The translations under genes were made by a program, and so were the position numbers. A stretch of DNA of 64,000 bases from Sphyrna mokarran (taxonomy: Eukaryota). Numbering within the stretch: the first letter of the stretch is position 1; each line of letters begins with the position of its first letter. The stretch is from assembly GCA_024679065.1 (NCBI GenBank), contig JAGIQG010000002.1, positions 116,622,001-116,686,000 on the forward strand, written 5' to 3'. Shown here piece after piece: positions 35,960 through 48,174 of this stretch. Under the pieces are notes generated by a model, which saw only the letters and a list, made by a program, of their open reading frames with translations, did not search any database and was not told the origin of the DNA.

Positions 35960-38065
35960 ATATTGAGATAAAAAAAATATTAAGACATTTCCTGAGATAT
36001 ATTCCAGGATGGTAAAGGAAAAAATAGTGGAAATTCTGACCATCATTTCCCATCTGCCCTTGGCTGCAGGTGTGATGCTAGAGGACTGGAGGACAGCTAA
36101 CATTGTGCTGTTGTTTAAAAATGGAAGAAAGAATAGATCAAGTAATTACAAACCAATCAACCTATTGGCTAACGGTATAAAAGAATGTCGCTTTGAAAAG
36201 AACAAGTTAATCAAGAACCGTCACCATGGAATAGTTAAGGGGAGGTTATGTCTGACTAATGTGATCAAATGTTTTGAGAAGGTAACAAGGAGGATTGATA
36301 AAGGTAGCATGTTTAATGTGGTCTACATATTTTAGCAAAACTTTTGACAAGATCTCACATGGCAGACTGGTCATAAACTTAAGAGCTCATAGAACCCAAG
36401 GGAAGGTGGCAAATTGGATCCAAAATTGGCTCAGTGGCAGTGAGCAAAGGATTATGATTGACAGATGTTTTTGTGAATGAAAGGCCATTTCCAGTGGTGC
36501 TTGCCATCGGGATCAGGACTGGGTCAATGAATCATATATAAATCTAAAGGATACAATTAAAATACTTGCAGAGAATACAAAAAAAATCACCTTGTTGTTG
36601 AGGGTGGCAAGAAAGTAGGATGATTTCAATTGTTTGTTTCAGGTGGGCAAAAGGAAGGCAAATGGAGCTCAATCCAGGGAAGTGAGAGCTAATATGGGAA
36701 GACAAAAAAGACAAGGGAATACACAACAGGATACTGAGATGTATAGTAGAACCAAGAGACTTTGTATGCATGTCCACAGACTCCTGAAGGTAACAGGAGA
36801 AAGATACATACAGAATACTTCCTTTCATTGGCCAAGTCCAAGAGACTATAAGAGCTGCAAAAAGTTGCTAAAACCATATATAAGAATGTTTAAACCACAG
36901 CTGTGCTATTGTGTTCATTTCTGATCACCATAAGTAGGCAGTCAAGTGGATAAAGTTGTTAAGAAGGCATATGGAGTCTTAGCTTTTATTGGTAGGGGGA
37001 TTGAATTTAGGAGCCGCAGCATCATGTTGCAACTGTACAAAACTCTAGTGCGGCCGCACTTGGAGTATTGTGTGCAGTTCTGGTCCCCACATTATAAGAA
37101 AGATGTGGAGGCATTGGAGAGGGTACAGAGGAGGTTTACCAGGATGTTGCCTGGTATGGAGGGCAGGTCCTATGAAGAGAGGTTGAAGGATTTGAGGTTG
37201 TTTTCGTTAGAAAGGAGGCGGCTAAGAGGGGATCTTATTGAAGCATATAAGATGATTAGAGGTTTAGATAGGGTGGACAGTGATAGCCTTTTTCCTAGGA
37301 TGGAGAAAGCTAGCACGAGGGGACACAGCTTTAAATTAAGGGGTATGAGTTATAGGACGGATATCAGAGGTAGGTTCTTTACTCAAAGAGTGATTAGGGA
37401 GTGGAATGCCCTGCCTGCAGCTGTTGTAGATGCGCCAAGTTTGGTGGCGTTTAAGAGGTTAATTGATAAGTATATGGAAGAGAAGGGAATGGTTTAGTTT
37501 GGAGGGGCATTGCTTTTTATTTTGGTCGGCACAACATCGAAGGTCGAAGGGCCTGTTCTGTGCTGTAATGTTCTATGTTCTATAAGGAGGTGCTCATACT
37601 AATGCAAAGAGAATTCATGAGGATGTTGCCAGGAATGGAAAATTTTAGCTATGAGGAAAGTTTGTTGGATAAGTGTTATTTTCCTTTGAACAGAAGAGGC
37701 TGAATGGAGCCTTTATTGAGATATGTAAAATTATGAGAGGACTAGAAAGAATGACTTGGAAAACATGCTTCTTTCAGCAGAGACATCAGTAACCAGGGGA
37801 CACAGATATAAAGTAACTAATAAAAGGATTAGGACAGGCTGGAGTATTTTTATTTATTTTTACTGAGAGGCTATTTGGGTTCTGGAACTCACTGCCTGAA
37901 AGGATGGTAGAGGCAGGAAACCTCATCACGTTGAAAAAAATCACTGAAGGTGCTGTAGCATTAAAGAGTAGGGACCAAGAGGAGGGATTAGATTGTATAG
38001 TTATTTTTTGGCTGGCATGGACAGGGTCGGAATGGCCTCCTGTGCTGCTGTATGTTTCCATTGGT
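35960..38065 (+). mobile_element. Old CR1 RT region interrupted by a young CR1
   Basis: EDWRTANIVLLFK..NYKPINL, HGIVKGRLCLTN, FSKTFDKISHGRL; resumes after 37582. Confidence 0.85.
36935..37582 (+). mobile_element. Young CR1/HER1 3' fragment
   Basis: Uninterrupted 183-aa ORF2 C-terminus plus tail taatgttctatgttcta. Confidence 0.95.
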
Positions 38066-38084
38066 TGGATTCCACAGGTAAGTT

Positions 38085-39160
38085 GAGAGTGAGTGTCCAA
38101 GACAACAAGGCAGCATTTCACTAAGTATGGCATCAATAATCATTAGCAAACCTAATGCCAATGGGAATTAGTGGGAAAGCTCACCAATAGCTGGGATCAC
38201 TCCCCGCATAAAAGAAGATGGTTGGAGGCCAATCATTTCAGTCCAAGGGCTTCACTATAAGAGTTTCTCAGGGTAATGTCCAACCATCATCATTAACCTT
38301 TCCCTCATCATAAAGTCAGAAGGGGTGAGGTTTGCTGATGAATGCACATTATTCTGCACCATTTGCAGCTCCTAAGATATTAAAGCAGTTCATGCCCACA
38401 CATAGCAAGATCTGGACAACATTCAGAAGATGAGCAGCTAATAACAATTCTGCCATATGAGTGCTCATCTTCAATAAAATAAAATTTAACCATCTCCCTT
38501 TGGCTTTTAATGGCATTACCATTGATGAATGCCCCATTCTCAATATTCTGGAGTCTACATTGACTTAAAACTTAATTGGATCAACCATATAAATATTGTA
38601 GCTACAAGAGTAGCTTACAGGCAGGGGAGTCTGGGGTGAATAATTCCAATTCAAAAGCCTGTCCATCATCTAGCAGGCACAACTCAGAAGTCTGATGGAA
38701 TATTCTCCACTTGCCTGGGTGAGTGCCATGCCAACAACATTCAAAAATTCAACAGCTTCCACAACAAAGCAATCCAATTGATTAGTACCCCATCCATCAT
38801 TCACTCCCCCATTACTGGTACACCCATTACTTTACTTTGTGTCATCTACATAATGCACTGCAACAATTCCCCAAGGCCCCTTCAACAATACCTTCCAAAT
38901 CAGTGATCTCATTCATCTAGAAGGACCAGGGCAGTGGACTCTCAGGAATGCCACCACCTGTAAATCTTTATCCATATCATATTTCTCAGTCAGAATGGTG
39001 TACATCTCCATTCTTTCATCATTATTCAAGCTCTCTACCTGATGCTTCATCATATGGACTGCTGCAGTTCAAGAAGGTGGCTCATTATCACCTTCTCAAG
39101 AATATTTAGTGATGGACAATAAATGTTCACCTTGCCAGTGATGCCGATGTAAGTGAATAC
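38085..39160 (+). mobile_element. L2/CR1-group LINE 3' fragment (different family)
   Basis: Degenerate RT and C-terminus (tttgctgatga = FADD region; MEYSPLAW). 3' end gatggacaataaatg...gaat is shared with the SINE at 29542. Confidence 0.7.
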
Positions 39161-39600
39161 ATTTCAATACATTTCAAAAATTACTATTGGCAAATGAGGC
39201 AGAGGTATTGATTACCAGCTGTGAATTGAGGAGAACTTGGATGTATTTCTGCTATTTTACACAAAATAGTTTTACTTTAATTGCTTCTAACACACTATCT
39301 ATGCTGGTTTAAATGGAGTCTTCATTGATAGACAAGTATGCAGAAAAGTTTATAAACAACCCTGGGAATCGCTTCTCCCTCTTGCTGTCAACGAGAACCA
39401 AACTGCAACTTGTATGTCTAGGTATTTGCTAAAACATGCAGCCAACAGCTGGTGAGGGTAATGATACTGGGAATGTCTTAAACTCCAGGTTCAGGCTCCT
39501 CAATAAATGAAGGCCTCCTACGGAAAATCTTGTTACAGGCTTTCCAACATACCACAATGTTGCTGCAAAGGTGAGCTCATTTTTCTTTTAACATGAACCA

Positions 39601-39957
39601 CAGCATGGTGGTTAGCACTGCTGTCTCACAGTATCAGGGACCCAGGTTCGATTCCAGCTTCTGTCTGTGGTCACTGTCCAAATGGAGTTTGCACGTTCTC
39701 CCCATGTCTGCATGGGTTTCCTCCAGGTGCTCTGCTATTCTCCCAGTCCAAAGATGTGCAGTTTAAGTGGATTGGCCATGGTAAATTGCCCCTTAGTATC
39801 CAAAGATGTGAAGGTTAGCAGGATCAGCCATGGTAAATATGCAGGATTATAAGGATAGGACAGGGGGCTTACCTGGCTGAACTGCTTTGTCAGACTGTTG
39901 GTGCAGACTCGATGGGCTGAAAGACTCCCTTCTGCAATATAGGGATTCTTTGGATTT
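39601..39957 (+). mobile_element. HE1-type V-SINE with CR1/HER1-like tail
   Basis: ggttagcactgctg, ggttcgattcc, V core; tail ggtgcagactcgatgggctgaa...gggattct. Confidence 0.85.
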
Positions 39958-40789
39958 TAGATTTTCTGTCAAGTATGTTCAAATCCCTGCTTCACGGTAA
40001 ACAGAAGGCTGTTGAAAAAATTGTTGGAGAATATTTTGAGTAATTCAATTGGTTCACCATTATTGATTATTGTTGCTAACTATTCATTATTGGACTTGAA
40101 AAAAAGTTCCCATGTTTGCTATTTTTATTGAGTGCTACTTGCTGATTGGCACTGCGCCTAACTGAGATATGGGATTTGTTAATTTATGGATATAAAATTT
40201 AAGTCAATCAAATAAGAGTGCAACATAAACTTGATTAGAGACAGCTTGACATCTGAATGCAATGGGCAAATTGCCCACTGTACATTTGGTAATTAGAATG
40301 TTAGTGTACATATTGTAATATTACAGTAAAGATTGAATTATATTAGTGTAAGTAATGAGCAAGGAGTAGAACAAAAACAAAAAGAAATTTATTTTTCCTG
40401 GTCTTAAGGTTGGTAACATTGGTGCATTTCAGTTTTATATTTCTCATAGTTCCATTTATTAACAATGCAAGCTTTACATAAAGTAAGTTCAAACTGCAGT
40501 TATGGTTTGTACAATCTGACATAGCCAAAATAATGAAGTGGATGGAATTTTCCGAACTTAATCCCTGCTGTGACAACAGAATCCTTTGTGGATCAGGAAC
40601 CCCATTTTACAAATTAGTGAGTGTATCAAAGCTCTTTCCCTAAATTACAGCACTGTCCTCCAACTGAGGGTAGACTGATTGATTAGGGAAGACAGATTAA
40701 AACATTTAAACAGTCATTAAGGGATCTCTTTGAAAGGGATATTGGGGGAGCTTGTAATGGCAGCATTGAATATACCTGGGGGAAGAAGG

Positions 40790-42125
40790 AAACTGCTGCA
40801 GGATGGAAACACTACAGAGAATGCCTCTCCCTCTCAGTGCCCCTTCCCCCTCCACCCCCCAAACGTCAGCCTCATCCGTAAAGGTAATGATGTTTGCAGT
40901 CAGGGCCAGGGAAGAAGTCCTCATCCTTAAAGATGAGCCATCCAGCAGAAGCAAGCTGGGGGTAGCTGTAAGTAACTAAGATGGTGACCATCGAGAGTGT
41001 GATGCTTAGTATCTGGATCCGATGCTGCAACAAGTTTAATGAACTCGTGAGATCCGACATGGTGCCCCATTTGATAGCCATCACTCTCTTGTCTTTTTTC
41101 TGCAGCATTCTTCTAATCAACACATCTTGCTTTCCAACATATTCCTTCCTCTCCAACCTCCTCTCAAAGTTCCATCGCAGCTTCATTCCATTGCACTCTC
41201 CCACCCGTTCCTCACAATCACTCTATGTTTCACCCATTCATCCTCAGCAATCATTTCATATCTCACAGACACAATCTTTGCCTTCTCTCATTGAAGCTGA
41301 TGGACGAGGATAACTCCAAGCAATGACAGAATCAGGAGTCGGGGTTGAATCTGCAGATATGGCATCACCGATGGAGATGGAGGAGGAAGCTTTTAAATTG
41401 GCATGGTGGCACAAAGTGAGAGTGAGATGGAAGTGGTCTGGAGAACTGTTGATAACATTAGATTTTGCACCAGGCACTGAATAATAGCTCATGTTGAACT
41501 GAGACTGAAACGTGAAGTATCATGACCATGCTAATGTGGATCCCTAATTCATTTCCATTCATGCGAATAGCTATCTTTGATCTTCTATAGGTCCTTCACA
41601 TGGCCAACAGAGGAGATGAGGGAGAAATGCAAGGCATCCTTTGAGGAGACCCAGCATTCAATGGGTGCACCATCAAATGATTTGTGCGCACCTTGCACCA
41701 GTGTAGATACAGACAACTGGGTGGATTCAACTGATAGATAGGATGGCACAACTCAAGAACATGCAAACAGAAGCAGGTACTGGAGACACTGACAGCTATG
41801 GAAAGTCATAGTCAGAGGGTACAGGACACTTCCAACTCCAATCAGCTTTACACAGATGTTGAGCCTTTCAGAAATCATCAACAAAGAGGGGATGTGTGGA
41901 GCAGCAGCAAAAAATATCAGAAGTTCTGTCAGCATTTCTAGAGACAGCAAGTATATGGAGGATTCAATTTCACTCCATGCATTTGCACTCCACCAACTTG
42001 ATAGAGAATTGGACATGACAGGCCACTGTATGCTTGCTGGCCAAACCAAAGATCTACACACTCTGGCTATCAATTTCCAGAGAATTGAGTAAAGCATTGC
42101 CTTGGTGATTGAACATCATACTTCA
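40790..42125 (+). pseudogene. Harbinger Myb/SANT-like accessory gene remnant
   Basis: AVRAREEVL..., SIWIRCCNKFNELVRS (RTWxQCRKKFNDL-like), TESGVG..PMEMEEEAFKLA; stops and frameshifts. Confidence 0.7.
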
Positions 42126-43325
42126 AATGCTAGACAATGGGGAACCTGTGGATGTGATGTATCTGGATTTCCAGAAAGCATTTGACAAGGTGACGCACCA
42201 AAGACTGTTACGTTAGATAAAGATGCACAATATTACGGGTAATGTATTAGCATGGATAGAGGATCGGATAACTAAAGAAAGCAAAGAGTGGGAGTAAATG
42301 GGTGTTTTTCTGGTTGGTGATCAGTGACTAGCGGTGTGCCTCAGGGATCAGTATTAGGACCACAATTGTTTACAATTTACATGATGATTTAGATGATTTT
42401 GAGTTGGGGACCAAGTGCAGTGTGTCAAAATTCGCAGATGACACTAAGATGGGTAGAAGAGCAAAGTGTGCAGAGGATGCTGAAAGTCTGCAAAGGGATA
42501 TAGATAATTTAAGTGAGAGGGCGAGGGTCTGGCAGATGGAGTACAATGTTGGTAAATGTGAGGTCATCCATTTTGGTAGAAATAACAGCAAAATGGACTG
42601 TTATTTAAATGGTAAAAATTTGCAGCATTGCTGCTGTGCAAAGGGACGCGGGTGTCCTTGTGCAGGAATCTCAAGGAGTTGGTTTGCAAGTGCAGCAAGT
42701 AATTAAGAAGGCAAATGGAATTTTGTCCTTCACTGCTAGAGGGATGGAGTTTAAAAACAGCGAGATTATGTTGCAGCTATGTGAGGTGCTGGTGAGGCTA
42801 CATCTGGAGTGCTGTGTACACTTTTGGTCTCCTTACTTGAGAAAGGATATACAGGCACTGGAGGGGGTACAGAGGAGATTCACAAGGTTGACTCCGAAGT
42901 TGAGAGGGTTGGCTTATTCAGAAGAAAGAGAGGAGATCTAATAGAAACATATGAGATTATGAAGGGAATAGAGATGATAGAGGCAGGAAAGTTGTTTCCA
43001 CTGGTGGATGAAACTAGAACTTGGGGGCATAGCTTCAAAATAAGGGGAAGCAGATTTAGGACTGAGTTGAGGGGGAACTTTACACAGAGTTGTGTATCTG
43101 AGGAATTCTCTCCCAGTGAAGCAGTTGAGGCTACCTCATTGAAAATTTTTAAGGCAAGGACAGATAAATTTTTGAACAGGAAAGGAATTAAGGGTTATGG
43201 TGTGCGGGCGGGTAAGTGAAGCTGAATCCACAAAAAGATCAGTCGTAATCTTGTTGAATGGCAGAGCAGATTTGCGGGGCCAGATGGCATACTCCTGCTC
43301 CTAATTCTTATGTTCTTATGTTCTA
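42125..43325 (+). mobile_element. CR1 LINE 3' fragment inserted in the Harbinger element
   Basis: YLDFQKAFDKV, SKFADDTKM, WQMEYNVGKCEVIHFG; tail cttatgttcttatgttcta. Confidence 0.92.
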
Positions 43326-43584
43326 CCAGCGAGCATAGACTTCTTCTGAGAGGGAAGATGAAAAAAGAATACATTGTGGGGACTCTTTTTGAAGTGCCAC
43401 ACTTCTTGGCACACTGTCTCCCCCTCCAGTCACAGCTCTGCCCACTGCCTCCTGCACCAATGACAGAGTCTGTCCTGCACGAGTGTAGGTGAAGCAATCA
43501 GGGTCCTCATTGACTCCAGACCTCTGAGGATGTCTGCTACGGGCACCCTCATGTCAGAGCTGGGGAACAAATAACCTGTTTCTA

Positions 43585-44220
43585 ACATTTGAAGCATGAA
43601 TGAATCATAACAGCTCCCTGGATATCCAGCACAGACATTCATAATGTTCTATAGTGATTATAGACCAGCTGCACCTTAAGGGAGTTGAAATCCTTCCAGT
43701 GCATAAATATGATTGTTGTATGAGTGAGATCAATCATCCACTGGATCATTGGAAATCCTGCAACTGAAACAAGGCTGAGTGGCATCAACAAGCAAGGCAC
43801 TGATAACTTGAACTCTGCAGTTTTGAGCCACAGATTGTGAAATCCTGCAGATGCCATCAGCAGATGTGAAAAAATTAAGGGTCACCTTGACAGTCATTGG
43901 CTGTACCTGGGCACACACTCCTCTTGGGAAGAGATCTCCAGTCTCTAGGTTCTGGATGCCTGTTAGCTGCCTGACAAGCTTAGCTATTAGACACATTGTT
44001 GCCTAAACATATCAAGGAAGCTGACTTTTGGCCTAGACCTGAATCTGTGCCAAGAGTACCACTTCCTTTGAGATATGGCCCTGTCTCCATCTCTCCTGTT
44101 TCATGATTATAATTGTGGAGAAGGCATTTTCCAGTTGCTGTCTCTCATGTTTTGACTGCTGAGCTGGGTGCTCCTCAGAGGTCTCAGCTACTTCAGTGTA
44201 AGCAGCACCCATGCTGCAGG
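43585..44220 (-). pseudogene. Harbinger (HARBI1-like) DDE transposase remnant
   Basis: PMTVKVTLNFFTS..ICRISQSVAQNCRVQVISAL; AGFPMIQWMIDLTH..HWKDFNSLKVQLVYNH; VCAGYPGSCYDSFML. These correspond to the GFP..GAIDCTH, NRKGFHSLNVQ and YPGSCHDS motifs. Confidence 0.85.
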
Positions 44221-45269
44221 AACATTTCGTGGGTGAGGGGTTGAGATCCAGTTCAGTGACTGCAAAGCATTTGAAAATCACGTGATAAAGTTACTATTCT
44301 CAAAGAAAGCAGTGAGTTCAGGTTGAAAGAACTACTGCTGTCGGTACTAACATTACACTGTAGCTAACCACAAGCTTTATAACATACAGTTATTTTCAGG
44401 TTGGCCCCTGCGATGCATTCATCTTCTCTGAGCTGTAGAAACAATGTGCACGGTACGCACTGGCTGGGGAAGTCAGCCTGCCAGATAGAAGAAGCACTTA
44501 ATATCTTAATTGGAGAAACTAGTCCTTGGGAAACTCAGAGAAGGCTGGATAACGTCAGGTCTGAGCCAGTGTCACTATCAGGGGATTTAACTCCTCGCTT
44601 AATCCCAACAGTCAGAAACTTTGCAGATTGTTGGATATCGGGACTATATGTGGGTCCAGAAACTGCTGGTATCTAAGACCCATTGGACAATCTTTCTGGA
44701 GATGGCCAATTAACAGGCCATCAAATTTGAGGCATCTGCAGCTGGAAGGGCTAACCGCAGTAACCAAGGCTCAGGGTGGCTGCAGCCCTGGTTAAATGCC
44801 CCACTTTCATTCTGTTCAATGTGTCTGATGCATCACAAAATGATTCAGTTTAATGTCTTGTTTTCTCAGTTGTTAGCCGAGCTTGGAATTAGAGAGAGCT
44901 GGCTGAGGGTCACAATTCTAGTTAGCAGGGAAGTGACCATGCACATCAAGGCGTAACCAAGACTGTTAGTTACACCAGGGATTTCTACAGTTGAGAAAAT
45001 GATTCTTCTCCAGTAGAAAAATAATAGAACAAGCACTTTATTAATTTCATAAAGCATGGCTGTTTAAAACCCTTCAGAATATTGCCCCTCTACTCCCAAT
45101 ATGGCCTTTGTTCTGGGTCAGTTAGACTGTTCCTGTTTTATTTTTTAATTTATTTTCAATTAAAATTATAAATGACCTCGGCAAGAATATCACTTTATCT
45201 GTCCTGGATCCTGTTGTTATTTCCAAACAGCCTTTCAATGCGGACTTGTGTGTGATATTAACAAGTGAG

Positions 45270-45570
45270 GGCACACTGGACGCTGATCAATAGGATGCTG
45301 AGATGGGTGGAGCCGGAGCTTGTCAGCTAAGCTGAGGGGGCAGAGCTCCGGACTGCCTCGGCGGGGCGGCAGGTTGACACTTGGCTGTTTGGTTCGGAGG
45401 AGAGACAGTGAGTGAGCTCTGTGCTTGTTAACTGGACTTGTCTTCTTGCTTAGTGTGAAGAAAGACGGCTGAGCACCGCGAAACTCTGCACCTCTCCTGC
45501 GAGCTGCAGTACAACCACCAGAAAATCTTTACCAGCTAGGGGAAACTTTTCCTTTCGACTCCCCAGCACC
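45270..45570 (+). promoter_or_regulatory. SCGN: SCGN CpG-enriched promoter / 5' UTR
   Basis: Local rise in GC and CpG in a CpG-poor window; GC-box-like ggcggggcgg near 45360; directly precedes the SCGN ATG. Confidence 0.7.
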
Positions 45571-45582
45571 ATGGACAGCCTG
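45562..45582 (+). promoter_or_regulatory. RE1/NRSE (REST-binding)-like element overlapping the SCGN start codon
   Basis: CCCAGCACCATGGACAGCCTG versus consensus TTCAGCACCnnGGACAGCGCC. Both half-sites (CAGCACC, GGACAGC) and the 2-nt spacer are exact. Confidence 0.75.
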
Positions 45583-45643
45583 GACTTCGGCAGCGTGGAC
45601 GCAATGGGGTTCCTTCAGATTTGGCAACGGTTTGACGCTGATG
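45571..45643 (+). CDS. SCGN: Secretagogin exon 1 (coding part)
   Basis: Kozak accATGG; MDSLDFGSVDAMGFLQIWQRFDAD + G|gtaatt. Matches the secretagogin N-terminus (DAAGFxQxWQxFDAD). Confidence 0.95.
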
Positions 45644-47423
45644 GTAATTCAAAGTTACTTTATCAGATTCGATGCTAAATGCTAAAGTAATTTTAATGTT
45701 ACGTGGGACCATTGCATAAAAACCTTCAAGTTATTAATCTGGTTGTAAAATATAAATTAATTTCCCCATCATGTTTTGGAAACTTTTTGCGATCAAATTA
45801 AATTCTTTAATATTTCGGAAAGGATAAAACAAATGAATTTTACAAGATTTGCATAAAGCAGTTGTTGAGAGTGCACGCTTTTTGACACAGTTTTAAATTT
45901 GACTGTGTTTGACCCGCCCAGGTTTTATCCCACTCTAGACAAGGTTCATGAAGACTGGGATCTGCTTCCTTTTTTTTGTTTTCCACGGGCAAACTCTACC
46001 AATTTATTCCAGTGTTGCAGCTTGATGCTTTTAACACTGATCCAACTCCCGGAGTGATCCCATCTCTTGAACCAACAAATTAGTCTTACATGGGTTATTA
46101 TCTGAACAGGAGATGAGATGCAGTTGGTTATGTTTGGACATTAGCCCTATCAGAAACTGAATTCTATTTGGTATTTTCATCTTATTTTAAAAAATTTAGA
46201 TAATGGAACTAAATCTGGTGAAATCTTCAGTTTTGCCATTTGTAGAAAGTTGACCTTTTGAGAGTTCCAATGAAGAACGGGTGCAAGGTTCAATTCTGTG
46301 ATTCATGGGTAACAATGTCAGTATCTCCTTCCCTGTGGGGAAGTTATGAACTGTAGGTCAGGAATCTTTCCAGTTTGTTTCTATTTTCTTGGTTTAAAAA
46401 TGCTTTTGCTTTACAAAAGGACAAAGACAATTGAAATTGTCTTTCTGTTAAATGTCTGCATTTCTGAATGAATTATACTATCATTGGTGCAGATCAGGAC
46501 AATCTTCTCACTCTAGAACCAAATGTGTCAGCACCATGGAGCCAAGGACCTTACAAATGCTACTGGACATTCTGAGTACTCCCAGTGTTTTTGGTCCTTA
46601 ATTCCACTTTTTTGGCATTTGCAATATTTTGATGTGGAGTCCACCCAACATCTGCCTTCTAAAGGTACTGCTAGATGTCACTCTACTGTTTAGATAGTGT
46701 GGTGTAATTTCAATTGTGTTTGTCTTTTTACGAAGCAAATGTATTTTTTAACCAAGAAGGTAGGAAGATACGCTGTTATAGTCAATAAAAACATTTTGTT
46801 TGCAGTATATGCACTACTCACTCCATTCATGCCAATATGTAAAATGGTGGAACCTGGTCTTCAAGAGCCCTCACCTGAGGGTAGTATTTCTTCATTCTGA
46901 CTTCTGTATATCCTTTTGGAACAGCAGCAGTTGAACAGAATCACTACACTTCCAAAGCAAGCTGATCATTTTAAAATTGCAACTCTTAAGTAGCTCCGGC
47001 ATTAGAGAGACCAATGTCTGTTAAAGTAGTTTTTCGTCACCTTTTAAAGCAATCTGGTCAGCCCTCTTATTCAGTCATTTTCTGAGTGTTGCAAAGAGTT
47101 GCACATCTACCTAGAGGACAAATGAAAGTTTGAATTTAAAAAAAACTTTTAATACATGAATAATAAAGGCAACTTAGTGAAATCAACCTAATAATAAAGT
47201 GCCTCAAACTCATACAGTTTTAATCCTAAGTATGCAAGATGTTGATGCTCCCAATGTTGTTTTCTAATAAGTTCAATCCTACTTGCAATATTATATTACT
47301 TATTCTATAACAAATGTTTTTCAGGCAGAAGTTCCAGAAAATGGCTGTTTTTACTGATCTTATTCAATACTTCCACAAATGATTTTATTAAAGTCATTAC
47401 ACTGTTTGTTGAACTCTCCCTAG

Positions 47424-47494
47424 ATAACGGCTACATTGAAGGCAAGGAACTGGATGACTTTTTCCGTCACCTCATGAAGAAGCTAGGTACTGAA
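47424..47494 (+). CDS. SCGN: Secretagogin exon 2 (EF-hand 1 loop and helix)
   Basis: ctctccctag| (D)NGYIEGKELDDFFRHLMKKLGTE |gtaagt. Completes EF-hand loop DADDNGYIEGKE in frame with exon 1. No exon 3 was recognised within the window. Confidence 0.95.
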
Positions 47495-48174
47495 GTAAGT
47501 ATGTTAGTTGTTAGATAACCTAATCAGAAGCATTTCTATGACAACAAATTTAGTTTCCCTCAGCAGCTGGTTGCCAGATGCATAGATAAAAAGATGAAAA
47601 CTACTTTCATAAAAGCCATAGTAGTGACAAAGTCAATCATGCCAGAGATTAACAATGTTTGAATGCATTTGCAAAGACAGAAAATAATTAATTATTGCAC
47701 AATGTTTTCATGACATTCATTCTCTTTTAAAGGCCCAGAAATCCAATCATTTCCATGTATATAAAATCTCTCATCTTTGCTCTTTTCTGTAGCTAGTTCA
47801 TTCGAGATTTCAAATCATAATTGTTTAAATAGTTCTGTAACAATTATTTTCCTCAGTTGGTTTGCTCTTTATAGTGAGTTTTTCTTGACATTTTTAAATG
47901 TATGTAATTTTGACTTTGTGTCTTCTGCAAAAAATCTCTGAGATATATGGAAGCAGTAAAATATGTTATTGAAAATAATGAACTGCAGTTGCTGGAAATT
48001 CAAAACATTCATCAGTGGAAACACAGAACTGATCAGCCATTATCCATGGAGAAAACTAAAAGGTTACCATAAGACTGAACCTCCTTTGGGATTGAGCATG
48101 ACATCACTTGAAGGAAATGTGTCATGCGATTGAATTTTCATCTCACTTCCGCTTTTAAGCAGAGCAGCTCTATA

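Noticed and set aside
43585-44220. Domesticated host HARBI1 gene
   Set aside because: Multiple frameshifts and deletions with a missing C-terminal catalytic region; a transposon relic.
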